This document shows, one piece after another, positions 50,947-59,992 of a stretch of 64,000 nucleotides of DNA. The DNA lies in NCBI GenBank assembly GCA_002315885.1, contig DCIO01000110.1:201-64200 (forward strand), given 5' to 3'. The notes below the pieces were generated by a model. The model did no database searches, was not told the DNA's origin, and saw only the letters and a list, made by a program, of their open reading frames with translations. A program made the position numbers and the translations under genes. This DNA is from Lentisphaeria bacterium UBA1724. Its GTDB lineage: Bacteria; Verrucomicrobiota; Lentisphaeria; Oligosphaerales; Oligosphaeraceae. Each line of letters opens with the position of its first letter. Within the stretch, counting starts at the first letter, position 1.

Positions 50947-51115
50947 CCCCGGGGCTCTCGCCCCGGGCACAGGACCCGGGGGCTGCCGCTCCGGGCACAC
51001 GACCCGGGGGCTCTGCGCTCCGGGCACACGACCCGGGAGCTCTGCGCTCCGGGCACACGACCCGGGGGCTGCCGCCCCCTCCCGGGGCTCTCGCTCCGGG
51101 CACAGGACCCGCTCC
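50947..51115. repeat. About five tandem 28-32-bp GC-rich units, each with a CCGGG-CACACGA-CCCGG hairpin
   Basis: ccgggcaca[c/g]gacccggg[g/a]gct[ctg/gc]cgct at 50963, 50991, 51020 and 51049, plus a degenerate end copy at 51096. Starts right after the ruvB stop. Confidence 0.88.
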
Positions 51116-51166
51116 TTTGTTGTGTGCTTTGAGGCGAGAGCCTCAAGAAATAATACGACCTGGAAT

Positions 51167-52093
51167 ATGCCGAAATACCTACCCATTCTCGCTTTTCTCT
51201 TCGCGGTATCGCTTTTTGGGCAGTCCTTTGAGACGCGCCAGCAATTTGCCCCGAAACCCGCGACGCTGGATCCCGCGAAAGCCCTCCAGCCTCAGCCGCT
51301 CTTCAAACTGCCCGAACCCGCGCCTGCGCCGAAGGATGTCCCCGTGAGGAAGGTGGCTCCCGTACGACCCTTCGAACCCGATTTCTCTTTGGGATTGGGT
51401 CTCTCCACCAAGTATTTCCGGGATGGCTGGTGCCAGAATTCCTCGCCCGTCTTTACGCAACAGGCGGAAATCACCGAAAGCGGGTTGTATCTCGGCGTGC
51501 GGTCCACATACAACTTCTCGGATAAGGCGGGACGCCGTCGCCGTTTTCAGGACGATCGTCTCTACATGGGCTATGGAATGAAATTCGTGAATGCGGGCAT
51601 TATGGGACCCGTCCTCGTGGATATTTGCTGGACATATAACCAGTATCCCGGAAATTCCAATGAGAATTCAGGTGAGGTGTCTTTGGCATTCCTGCTGGAC
51701 GAAATCTACCAGAAGGGCATTTTTGCGCTGACGGGCGGTCTGACGTTGTGCCACAACTACGGCAAGAACGAGACTTACGCCATCGCCGATATCACTACCC
51801 ATTTCGCCCTGAACGAAAAGGGCACTCTCCAGTTGGAAAATGGCTTTCTGCTCTATTGGGGCGATACGCGGAAGATGCAGAAACTGACCGACGACGACTG
51901 CGACGGCAATGCCTTCTATACCATTGCCTGGCATAGCGCAATTCCCTGGGCTTTTGCGGAGCATTGGTCGCTGGAGCCCTTTGTGGAAGTGGATTGCCAC
52001 CCCGATGGCCGCGCACGGGATGCGGCGCGTTCCAGCGATTTCAATTCCGCAGGGACCTTCTGGGGGGGAATTCGTCTGAACTGCTGTTTCTAA
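51167..52093 (+). CDS. Hypothetical secreted protein, possible outer-membrane beta-barrel
   Basis: Signal peptide MPKYLPILAFLFAVSLFGQS (ATG 51167 within ORF 51122..52093). Alternating-hydrophobicity strands. C-terminal ...GGIRLNCCF ends in Phe as in many OMPs. Confidence 0.55.
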   Translation: MPKYLPILAFLFAVSLFGQSFETRQQFAPKPATLDPAKALQPQPLFKLPEPAPAPKDVPVRKVAPVRPFEPDFSLGLGLSTKYFRDGWCQNSSPVFTQQAEITESGLYLGVRSTYNFSDKAGRRRRFQDDRLYMGYGMKFVNAGIMGPVLVDICWTYNQYPGNSNENSGEVSLAFLLDEIYQKGIFALTGGLTLCHNYGKNETYAIADITTHFALNEKGTLQLENGFLLYWGDTRKMQKLTDDDCDGNAFYTIAWHSAIPWAFAEHWSLEPFVEVDCHPDGRARDAARSSDFNSAGTFWGGIRLNCCF

Positions 52094-52294
52094 ACTCCTA
52101 TGGCTGAGTCTTCCTTGATGCTGCGGTGGTGGTCTTCGTTACCCTGTTCCGCAAACGCATCGAGGCGCGTGTTCGTGACGTACAAGCACAGACACTTGCG
52201 TCATGAAAATTATATTCATCGCCCTCTAACGCGGAATTTTGCGGTATAGTACGGGATAATCTTTTTTTGTTCCATACATTTCCCACTTGTTTTT

Positions 52295-54250
52295 ATGAAA
52301 GAACTTAGTCATCGCCCTAGGAATTTGGGTCTGGCCGTCGCTTGTGGCGGTCTTGTTTTCCTGGTGGTCGGGTTGTTTATCATCAACTCCGGCCACGCAA
52401 AAGCCATGACCCCCGCTTGCACCGCCGCGGTCATGACTGCGGCATTGGGATTGCTTGCCGCTGGACGCGCAATTTTTGAACGCAGACAGCGTCAGGAAGA
52501 ACGGGATGCGGCAGAATATCACCGCCAGCATGGCGCCACCGAACTCTTTGGGGATGCCGACGAGGCAGTGCGTCTGGCGACCCGTTCCAATACCCAGTTC
52601 GTCAAGTATTTCGTTCCCGCCGCCACCATCGGCATGGGCGTCGCGCTGGGACTCTTTGTCCTCAATCGCTGGATCGCTTTGCGGTATCTGGATTATGACT
52701 ATCAGGTGGCAAATCCCCTCTCTCTGGCGATTCTCTCCTTCTGCTGCTGCATCGCTACACTGGTGGCAGGGAGCTTCTTCATCGGCGTCTCCCGTGAACA
52801 GGGCTGCCGCTGGATCCGTCCCGCCGCCGCATGGTTGCTCTTGACGGGCTTCCTCTATCTGCTGGGCAGCTTCATCTTCTTCAGCCGCCATTTCCATCGC
52901 TTCCAGGAGAGCATGGACCGCTCTTTGAGCAAATTGGGGCTGATTGTCCTGGCGATTCTGGCCATCGAGATGATTCTCTCCTTCGTCATCGAGTTCTATC
53001 GTCCCAGAATGCCCAATGAAGAAGAGCGCCCGCTTCCCGAGTCCCGTCTGCTCTCTCTCTTCACCGAGCCCGGCAGTGTGGCCCGAAATGTGGCGAATTC
53101 TCTGGACTACCAGTTTGGTTTCCGGGTTTCCGACGCCTGGTTCTACCACTTCCTGGAGCGGACCATCGTTCCCCTCTTCATGGTGATGGTGGCGGCCTTC
53201 TGGCTGATGACCTGCATCGTTGTGGTGGATTCCTCCGAGACCGCTCTCCGTGAGCGTTTCGGTCGTGTCGTCTCCACCACCCCCATGGGGCCTGGCTCCT
53301 ATTTCAAGCTGCCCTATCCCTTCGAGACGATCTATCGCTTCTCTTCCGACAAAGTCCAGGAACTGACCATCGGCGGTCATGACGAAGATGAGGAAGTGGA
53401 GCAGCCTGGTTCTCACGACAGCCACTCCGAGGATGGCCATGGTCACGGCGAGGAAAAGCACGAGGAAAATGAGGCCGTGGTGCTTTGGACGGTCCAGGAA
53501 GAACACAAGGGCGAGGCGAATTTCCTGGTGGGTGCCAAGAATGTGGAGCGCATGAGCCTGGATATCCAGGGCAACGCCATGGGCCAGCAGGGCGTGGGAC
53601 TCTTCAGTGCACACATCCCGCTCTTCTTCCGTGTCAATGACCTCTACAAGTATTCCTATCTAAATCGCAATGCGGGTGAAATCCTCAAGAATCTCGCCCA
53701 ACGCGAGCTGCTGGAGTATTTTATCCACTGCGATTGGGACGACCTGCTGGGCGCGGGCCGTGGTGAAGCCATGTCTGTCCTCAAAGAGCGCATTCAGAAA
53801 TCCGCGGATGAGATGGATTTGGGTGTGGAAGTGGTCTTCGTGGCTCTTACAGGCCTCCATCCCCCATTTGGCGTGGGCGAGTCCTTTGACCGCATCACTG
53901 CCTCCACGGTGGATAAGAAGCGCATGGTTCAGGATGCCCAGACCTTCGCCAACAGCAACCGCGTCATCTCCGACGCCGTGCAGCGCCAGGTCCTCAATGA
54001 AGCCAACGCCTACAAGGAAAGCCATATCGTCCTGGCGGAGGCGGATGCCCAGCGCTATGCGGGGCAGGTGCTCTGCTACAATGCTTCTCCCAAGCAGTAT
54101 ATGCTGAACAGCTACTACGATGCCTTTGAAGAGCGTGGCAGCCTGGTCCGGAAGTATGTCGTCACCGGCAATGCCTCCAACGAAGTCCTTTGGCTGAATT
54201 TGGAGCGCAAGGCCAAGAATGCCCTGCTGGACTTGAACCTCTCCGAGTAG
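52295..54250 (+). CDS. Polytopic membrane protein with C-terminal SPFH/band-7 (HflK-like) domain carrying a His/Asp/Glu-rich insert
   Basis: 651 aa. About 300-aa multi-TM N-terminal region, then an SPFH core (LRERFGRVV...YFKLPYPFE) and an HflK-like C-terminus (AQTFANSNRVISDAVQRQVLNEANAYK). Insert GGHDEDEEVEQPGSHDSHSEDGHGHGEEKHEE. Confidence 0.7.
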   Translation: MKELSHRPRNLGLAVACGGLVFLVVGLFIINSGHAKAMTPACTAAVMTAALGLLAAGRAIFERRQRQEERDAAEYHRQHGATELFGDADEAVRLATRSNTQFVKYFVPAATIGMGVALGLFVLNRWIALRYLDYDYQVANPLSLAILSFCCCIATLVAGSFFIGVSREQGCRWIRPAAAWLLLTGFLYLLGSFIFFSRHFHRFQESMDRSLSKLGLIVLAILAIEMILSFVIEFYRPRMPNEEERPLPESRLLSLFTEPGSVARNVANSLDYQFGFRVSDAWFYHFLERTIVPLFMVMVAAFWLMTCIVVVDSSETALRERFGRVVSTTPMGPGSYFKLPYPFETIYRFSSDKVQELTIGGHDEDEEVEQPGSHDSHSEDGHGHGEEKHEENEAVVLWTVQEEHKGEANFLVGAKNVERMSLDIQGNAMGQQGVGLFSAHIPLFFRVNDLYKYSYLNRNAGEILKNLAQRELLEYFIHCDWDDLLGAGRGEAMSVLKERIQKSADEMDLGVEVVFVALTGLHPPFGVGESFDRITASTVDKKRMVQDAQTFANSNRVISDAVQRQVLNEANAYKESHIVLAEADAQRYAGQVLCYNASPKQYMLNSYYDAFEERGSLVRKYVVTGNASNEVLWLNLERKAKNALLDLNLSE

Positions 54251-54297
54251 CGTGAAACCCTTTTGAATTCAATAACTCAATTCCAAATCATACGATT

Positions 54298-55230
54298 ATG
54301 AAAGACGAAAAACAACAGAAAATGATCTCCAAGCACTGGCCGGTGGTTCTGCTGGCATTGCTGGTTGTGGCGATTTTCATTGTGGTCATGGTTACCTTCC
54401 AGGTGAAGGAAACCGAATACGCGCTGTTGAAGACCTACTCGGGCGAGTTGGTGGAATACGGCAGCGGCCTGCATTTCCGCTGGCCCTTCATCAACTCCAT
54501 CTGGCGCCATGACAAGCGCATCCAGTGCTATGAGCTGGCCATCGGTCATGACGAACAGTATATGACCAGCGATAACCAGCAGATTGTCATCTCCACCTAC
54601 GTCCTCTGGAAAGTGGGCGATCCCAAGACCTTCCTCAAGTCCCTGGATTCCACCGAGGCCGCCGAGCGCAAGCTCTCCGACGAAGTCCGCGGCGCCCGTT
54701 CCGCCATCATCTCCAAGTACGCCTTCTCTGCCATGGTTGGCGAACGTGATGGCGCCAGCGTCCTCTCCCAGATTGAGGACGAAATGCGTAACGCCATCCA
54801 CGACAGCGTGCTGAGACAGTTCGGTATCGATATCGTCCGCATTGGCTTCCGTCAGTTGGGCTTCCCCGCCACCGTCACCCAGAACATCTTCGCCGCCATG
54901 ATTTCCGAGCGTGAAGCGAAGGCCAAGAAGTTCGAGATGGAAGGCCAGGCCGAGGCAGATAAGATCCGCAGTGACGCCACTACCCAGGCTTCCAAGATCA
55001 TCACCATGGCCCAGGCCGAAGCCACCAAGATCCGTGGTGAAGGCGATGCCAAGGCCGCCGAGGCATACAAGGTCTTTGCCCAGAATCCCGAACTGGCCAC
55101 CTTCCTGCGCAATCTGGAAGCCCTGAAGGGTTCTCTCGGCGAAAAGGACACCCTGATTCTGGATACCACCACCGCTCCCTTCAATCTGCTGGCTCCCGGC
55201 GCTCTGCAGAAGATTTCCGAAGGCAAGTAG
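54298..55230 (+). CDS. hflC: Protease modulator HflC (SPFH family)
   Basis: Collinear with the E. coli HflC pattern: TM helix, GLHFRWPFI, ...AAMISEREAKAKKFEMEGQAEADKIRSDA...RGEGDAKAAEAY...NPELATFLRNLEALK. Confidence 0.85.
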   Translation: MKDEKQQKMISKHWPVVLLALLVVAIFIVVMVTFQVKETEYALLKTYSGELVEYGSGLHFRWPFINSIWRHDKRIQCYELAIGHDEQYMTSDNQQIVISTYVLWKVGDPKTFLKSLDSTEAAERKLSDEVRGARSAIISKYAFSAMVGERDGASVLSQIEDEMRNAIHDSVLRQFGIDIVRIGFRQLGFPATVTQNIFAAMISEREAKAKKFEMEGQAEADKIRSDATTQASKIITMAQAEATKIRGEGDAKAAEAYKVFAQNPELATFLRNLEALKGSLGEKDTLILDTTTAPFNLLAPGALQKISEGK

Positions 55231-55254
55231 GGTTATTTCCACGGAGAAAATACC

Positions 55255-56499
55255 ATGGAAGACAGCAATCTCGAACTCCAAAATGGCGGAAACGCACAAG
55301 GGACTGGCCTGGCGAGCCTGACCCGGATGCTCCGCATTCTCTTCTTCTGTTTCCTCGCACTGATTATCGGTGTCTTCGTCTACTACTTCGTTTTCAGCGG
55401 TATCTTCCGGGTGGACGAGCAGTTCGAAGCCATGCAGCTGCGTTTCGGTGTGCTCCAGAAGCACGCCGGCGATACGGGTGACTCTCCCATCCTTCAGAGC
55501 GGCAAGTGGTACTGGTCCTATCCGTATCCCGTTGACGAAGTGATCATGGTCCCCGCCAACAAATCCGTCTCCGTCTCCACGGAAAGCACCTTCAAGGCCT
55601 GGGTCGCCCCCACTGGCGCCATGATGGGCGCTGCCGCCCGCGAACTGCGCAATGGCGTGGATGGCTATCTGGTGGCAGGCGACATGCATATCTTCCATGC
55701 GGAGTGGGTTGTCTCCTACCGCGTAGATGACGCAGCCAGCTACTACCTGAACTTCTATGACGACACCAAGACCACCAAGTCCTTCTATCTGCCCTCCTCC
55801 GAGCAGGTCAAGGCAGAAGACCGCCTCCGTGGTCATGAGCTGATCATCCGAAACCTGCTTTCCGACGCCGTCCTGTCCGAGACCGCCAACTGGACTACCG
55901 AGGATATCATCCGCGCCAGCAAGGTCATCAAGAACGACCAGGGTGCCATGGAGACCGTCCGCATTGAGGACCGTGTCCGCAGTCGTCTGGCGAAGTTGGT
56001 GGACGAGATTGGCCTGGGCATTGAGTTGCAGACGGTGACTCTGGTGGGCATCTATCAGCCCCCCGCCGCCGCACTGCAGGCCTTCAACCAGGTCAATGCC
56101 AGCGAGCGTAATCGTCAGACCACCATCCAGACTGCCGAGACCTACGCCAATCAGATTCTGACTCAGGCTGCCGCCACCAGCGACCGCCTGGTGAACGAGG
56201 CGAAGGCCTATCAGGAGACTGTGGTGGGCAAGTTGGAAGCCCAGGCGCAGTATTTCCTCTCCATCCAGGAGCAGTACAAGTCAAATCCCCAGTCCACGCT
56301 GACGGTGTTGTATGCCGAGGCGCTGGGTGAGATGCTCTCCCGCGTCCCCAACAAATACGTCCTCCATCAGAGTGCCGATGGTTCCAAGCAGGAGCTCCGT
56401 CTGCAGATTTCGCAGATCCCCGAGAATCCTCCTGCTCCCGCTGGCGTAGGGATGGAGTCCTCCAACGAGCCTGCCTCCGCGCAGCCCTCTGGCGAATAG
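55255..56499 (+). CDS. hflK: Protease modulator HflK-like (SPFH family)
   Basis: TM helix then an SPFH core. C-terminal ...ALQAFNQVNASERNRQTTIQTAETYANQILTQAAATSDRLVNEAKAYQ... matches the HflK coiled region. Confidence 0.75.
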   Translation: MEDSNLELQNGGNAQGTGLASLTRMLRILFFCFLALIIGVFVYYFVFSGIFRVDEQFEAMQLRFGVLQKHAGDTGDSPILQSGKWYWSYPYPVDEVIMVPANKSVSVSTESTFKAWVAPTGAMMGAAARELRNGVDGYLVAGDMHIFHAEWVVSYRVDDAASYYLNFYDDTKTTKSFYLPSSEQVKAEDRLRGHELIIRNLLSDAVLSETANWTTEDIIRASKVIKNDQGAMETVRIEDRVRSRLAKLVDEIGLGIELQTVTLVGIYQPPAAALQAFNQVNASERNRQTTIQTAETYANQILTQAAATSDRLVNEAKAYQETVVGKLEAQAQYFLSIQEQYKSNPQSTLTVLYAEALGEMLSRVPNKYVLHQSADGSKQELRLQISQIPENPPAPAGVGMESSNEPASAQPSGE

Positions 56500-56529
56500 A
56501 TTTCAAGAAAGGAAGGAAATTAGTTACCT

Positions 56530-58491
56530 ATGGAAAACGAAACTCCTAGCGTTAACAACAACGCCAAACCCCACACCGAGGTGACCCGCGTCACCAAGTC
56601 GGACATGGGGCGTTTGGGTGCCGCGCTCTTTGGCGGCATCCTCGTCCTGGATTCCTGGCTGGCGGGGATTTTCTTCGCGGGGAAGATTGACCAATTTGCC
56701 ATGGATTTCTTTGCGCTGCTTGGCGCAGTGATTCTCTCCGTGCCCATCTTCTGGGAAGCGGGGAAGGACCTCTTCCATGGGAAGGTCGGCATGAACGAAC
56801 TGGTGGCACTGGCCCTGCTGGGCGCCTTCGCCTCCGGTCCCGGAAACTACCGCACAGCAGGCGCGGTGGCATTCTTCATGCTGATTTCCATCACCATCGA
56901 GAAGCGTACCGCAATCGGTGCGGAGGCCGCCATCGAGGCCGTCGTCCGCATGACTCCCCGTACGGCCCGTCGTGTGAAGAAAGACGGCTCCGAGGAGGAG
57001 TGCGATGCCATTCAGGACTTGAACATCGGCGACACCTGCCGTGTGCGTCCTGGCGAGAATTTCCCTGCGGATGGTAAGATCACGAAGGGCAATTCCACAG
57101 TCAACCAGGCATCCATCACGGGTGAATCTCTGCCCACGGATAAGAACGAGGGCGATGAGGTCTACGCGGGTACCCTGAACTTGACGGGTTTGGTGGAATT
57201 CACCGTGACCCGCAAGGGCACCGACACCACGCTGGGTAAAGTCCGCAACCTGATTGCGGATGCCGAGCAGTCCAAGATGCCCATCCAGCGCATCATCGAC
57301 CAGTATATCGGCTACTACACCCCCGTGGTGCTGATGATTGCGGGATTGACCTGGTTCGTCACCAAGGACATGAGCCGCGTTATCGCCGTGCTGGTCATGG
57401 CAGTTCCCGCCGCGCTGGTCCTGGCCCATCCCTCTGCGGTTATCGCCGCAATCTCCGCCGCATCCCGTCTGGGTATCCTGATCAAGGATGTCTCCCAGAT
57501 TGAGCTAGTGGCCAAAATCAAGGCAATCATCTTCGATAAGACGGGTACCCTGACTGAGGGTAACCTGGAAGTCGCCCGCCTGGAGCCCGTCTCCGATGGT
57601 GATTTGGCCCAGTTGGTCCAGGTGGCAGTCTCCGTGGAACACCACTCCAACCACCCCACCGCCATGGCCATCAAGAAATTGGCGGCAAAGGTCGGTATTG
57701 ACGTGGTTACTCCCGACAAATACGAAGAAGTCGCAGGTAAGGGTGTTTCCGCTACCGTTGACGGCAAAGAGTGCTACGTTGGCCGTTTCAGCTGGCTTGG
57801 CGAAATGGGCATCGATGTCTCCAGCCTGGAAGAGAGTCGCGAGAAGACCCAGAAGGAAGGCATGTCCATCGTCTGCGTTGCCTGCGATGGCAAGGCACTG
57901 GGTTGGATTGGTCTGCAGGATGCCATCCGCACCGTGACTCCCGAGGCAGTCCGCGAACTGAAGGAAATGGGCGTGGAGCATTGCTGCATGGTCACGGGTG
58001 ATAACCAGCAGGTGGCCAATGTGGTTGCCGAGAAGATTGGCATCACCGAGGTCTATGCGGGATGCCTGCCTGAAGAGAAGGCCAAGGTGGTTGGCGAACT
58101 GAAGAAGCAAGGCAACATCGTCGCCGTGGTTGGTGATGGTGTCAACGACGCTCCCGCACTTGCCGCCGGTGATATCGGTATGGCCATGGGTGCCTTCGGT
58201 AGCGACATCGCGGTCCAGTCCGCTTCCATCGCTCTGATGAACAACGACCTGCGCCGTATTCCCTTCTTCATCGGTCTGGCCCGTCAGACCCGTATGCTGA
58301 TGAACCAGAATCTGGCAATCGGCATGTCTTTCATCACGGTGGGCGTCTACTTCGCCATCGCGGGTGACCTGGGCCCCATCGGTGCGGCTCTGATCCATAC
58401 CATCTCCAGCTTGCTGGTCATCTTCAACAGCGCCCGTCTGGTCCGCTCTGGCGAGGCACTGGGCGCCGCCAATGAGGGCGCACAGCAGTAG
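56530..58491 (+). CDS. P1B-like P-type ATPase lacking the CPx transmembrane metal motif and any N-terminal metal-binding domain
   Basis: TGES (ITGESLP), DKTGTLT, NHP, MVTGD, GDGVNDAPAL all present. At the position where heavy-metal pumps have xCPCALGLATP this protein reads AVPAALVLAHP. Confidence 0.85.
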   Translation: MENETPSVNNNAKPHTEVTRVTKSDMGRLGAALFGGILVLDSWLAGIFFAGKIDQFAMDFFALLGAVILSVPIFWEAGKDLFHGKVGMNELVALALLGAFASGPGNYRTAGAVAFFMLISITIEKRTAIGAEAAIEAVVRMTPRTARRVKKDGSEEECDAIQDLNIGDTCRVRPGENFPADGKITKGNSTVNQASITGESLPTDKNEGDEVYAGTLNLTGLVEFTVTRKGTDTTLGKVRNLIADAEQSKMPIQRIIDQYIGYYTPVVLMIAGLTWFVTKDMSRVIAVLVMAVPAALVLAHPSAVIAAISAASRLGILIKDVSQIELVAKIKAIIFDKTGTLTEGNLEVARLEPVSDGDLAQLVQVAVSVEHHSNHPTAMAIKKLAAKVGIDVVTPDKYEEVAGKGVSATVDGKECYVGRFSWLGEMGIDVSSLEESREKTQKEGMSIVCVACDGKALGWIGLQDAIRTVTPEAVRELKEMGVEHCCMVTGDNQQVANVVAEKIGITEVYAGCLPEEKAKVVGELKKQGNIVAVVGDGVNDAPALAAGDIGMAMGAFGSDIAVQSASIALMNNDLRRIPFFIGLARQTRMLMNQNLAIGMSFITVGVYFAIAGDLGPIGAALIHTISSLLVIFNSARLVRSGEALGAANEGAQQ

Positions 58492-58538
58492 GAATTTTCA
58501 TTAACACAACACCCCTTACATAAGAGGAAATACATTCC

Positions 58539-59747
58539 ATGGCAGACGAAAACAAGGAAGAACTGGTGGTAGAGGCGGTAGGCCTGACCAAAATCTTCAA
58601 GGATTTCTGGAATCGTCCGAAGGCGCGTGCCGTCAACGGTCTGAATTTAGGGATTAAGAAAGGCGAGGTCTTTGGGCTTCTGGGCCCCAATGGTTCTGGT
58701 AAGTCCACCACCATCAAGATGATTCTGGGACTGCTCTATCCCACCCGCGGCGAATTGCGCGTCTTTGGTCAGGATCCCCAGAATGTCTCCATCAAGAGCC
58801 GCATTGGCTATCTCCCTGAGGAGACCTACCTCTACAAGTATCTGACCGCTTTCGAGACGCTGGATTTCTACGGCGCACTCTTCGGCTTGGATGCGGAACA
58901 GCGCAAGACCCGCGCCAGCCAGTTGCTGGAAATGGTGGGTCTGGCACACGCCGTCGACCGCCCCGTTGGTGAATTCTCCAAGGGTATGGCTCGTCGTATC
59001 GGTCTGGCACAGGCCCTGGTCAATGACCCCGACCTGGTCATCCTGGATGAGCCCACCAGCGGTCTGGATCCCATCGGTTGCCGAGAAGTCAAGGACGTCA
59101 TCCGTCTGCTGGCCAGCCGTGGCAAGACCGTCATCCTGTGCAGCCACCTTCTGGCTGATGTCCAGGATGTCTGCCAGCGCGTGGTGGTGCTCTACGGTGG
59201 ACAGATCCGCGCCCAGGGCCTCTTGACTGACATCCTCCGTCAGGAAGACAAGACGCAGATCATCACTCCCAGACTCTCCGCTGAGACTGTGGCCGAACTG
59301 AAGAATTTCCTCTCCGCACACGGCGTGAAGGATTTGGACAAAGTCGCGGTGGACAATCCTGGTCTGGACCTGGAAGACTACTTCCTGGAAGTGGTCCGTC
59401 AGGCCACCGAGCAGAAGGTCTCCACCGCAGGTGCTCACGCCCCTGGCGCCATGCCCGAATATCTGCAGGGCAATGTTCCTACGGGCCAGCAGCTCCTGCA
59501 GTCCCTCAAGGGCGATGCGGAAGAAGAGAAGCGCAAGGCGGAGGCCGCCAAGGCCGAGGCCAAGCTCCGTGCCGAGATGGCCGCCAAGGAAGCCGAGAAG
59601 CTCAAGGCCCTGGAAAGCCTGAAGGGCGAGGACAAGCCCTCCGAGGAAGAAGTCAAGGCCGCCGAAAAACAGGCGCTGGACGAAAAGGCCGCCAAGGACC
59701 GCGAGGAACTCAACAAGAAGCTGGCTGGACTCAACTTCAAGAAGTAA
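58539..59747 (+). CDS. ABC transporter ATP-binding protein (ABC-2/NatA-like) with Lys/Glu/Ala-rich C-terminal tail
   Basis: Walker A GPNGSGKST, signature FSKGMARR, Walker B LVILDEPTSGLD, H-loop CSHL. About 100-aa tail KRKAEAAKAEAKLRAEMAAKEAEKLKALE... Confidence 0.88.
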   Translation: MADENKEELVVEAVGLTKIFKDFWNRPKARAVNGLNLGIKKGEVFGLLGPNGSGKSTTIKMILGLLYPTRGELRVFGQDPQNVSIKSRIGYLPEETYLYKYLTAFETLDFYGALFGLDAEQRKTRASQLLEMVGLAHAVDRPVGEFSKGMARRIGLAQALVNDPDLVILDEPTSGLDPIGCREVKDVIRLLASRGKTVILCSHLLADVQDVCQRVVVLYGGQIRAQGLLTDILRQEDKTQIITPRLSAETVAELKNFLSAHGVKDLDKVAVDNPGLDLEDYFLEVVRQATEQKVSTAGAHAPGAMPEYLQGNVPTGQQLLQSLKGDAEEEKRKAEAAKAEAKLRAEMAAKEAEKLKALESLKGEDKPSEEEVKAAEKQALDEKAAKDREELNKKLAGLNFKK

Positions 59748-59770
59748 CTCCCCTCCCATAGCACAAAAAC

Positions 59771-59812
59771 AAACGCCGCCCCGGACTACCTAGGACGGCG
59801 TTTTGTTATTTT
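59771..59812 (+). terminator. Rho-independent terminator ending the 52295-59747 gene string
   Basis: AAACGCCGCCC-cggactaccta-GGACGGCGTTT (one mismatch) followed by TGTTATTTT. Confidence 0.7.
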
Positions 59813-59992
59813 ATCATCGTATTATGGATTGCGACGGCTTAAGTCAGTGTATTACAAGATATCAGATAGAAAGGAATGTCTTGACAAAATCTTGAAAATT
59901 TTCAAAAGAATGGCTATAATACATATATTGTACATAACCATAATTGATTATCCTGCCAATAATTACATAATTAAACATTTGGTGAACCTCTT

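Noticed and set aside
49917-59759. Long antisense ORFs opposite ruvB, the SPFH genes, the P-type ATPase and the ABC ATPase (49917..51146, 52226..53614, 54277..55836, 56524..57429, 57505..58398, 58647..59759)
   Set aside because: Each is antisense to a CDS with unambiguous conserved motifs, and all have skewed G/H/R/D composition. 49917..51146 is additionally extended through the tandem GC-rich repeat.
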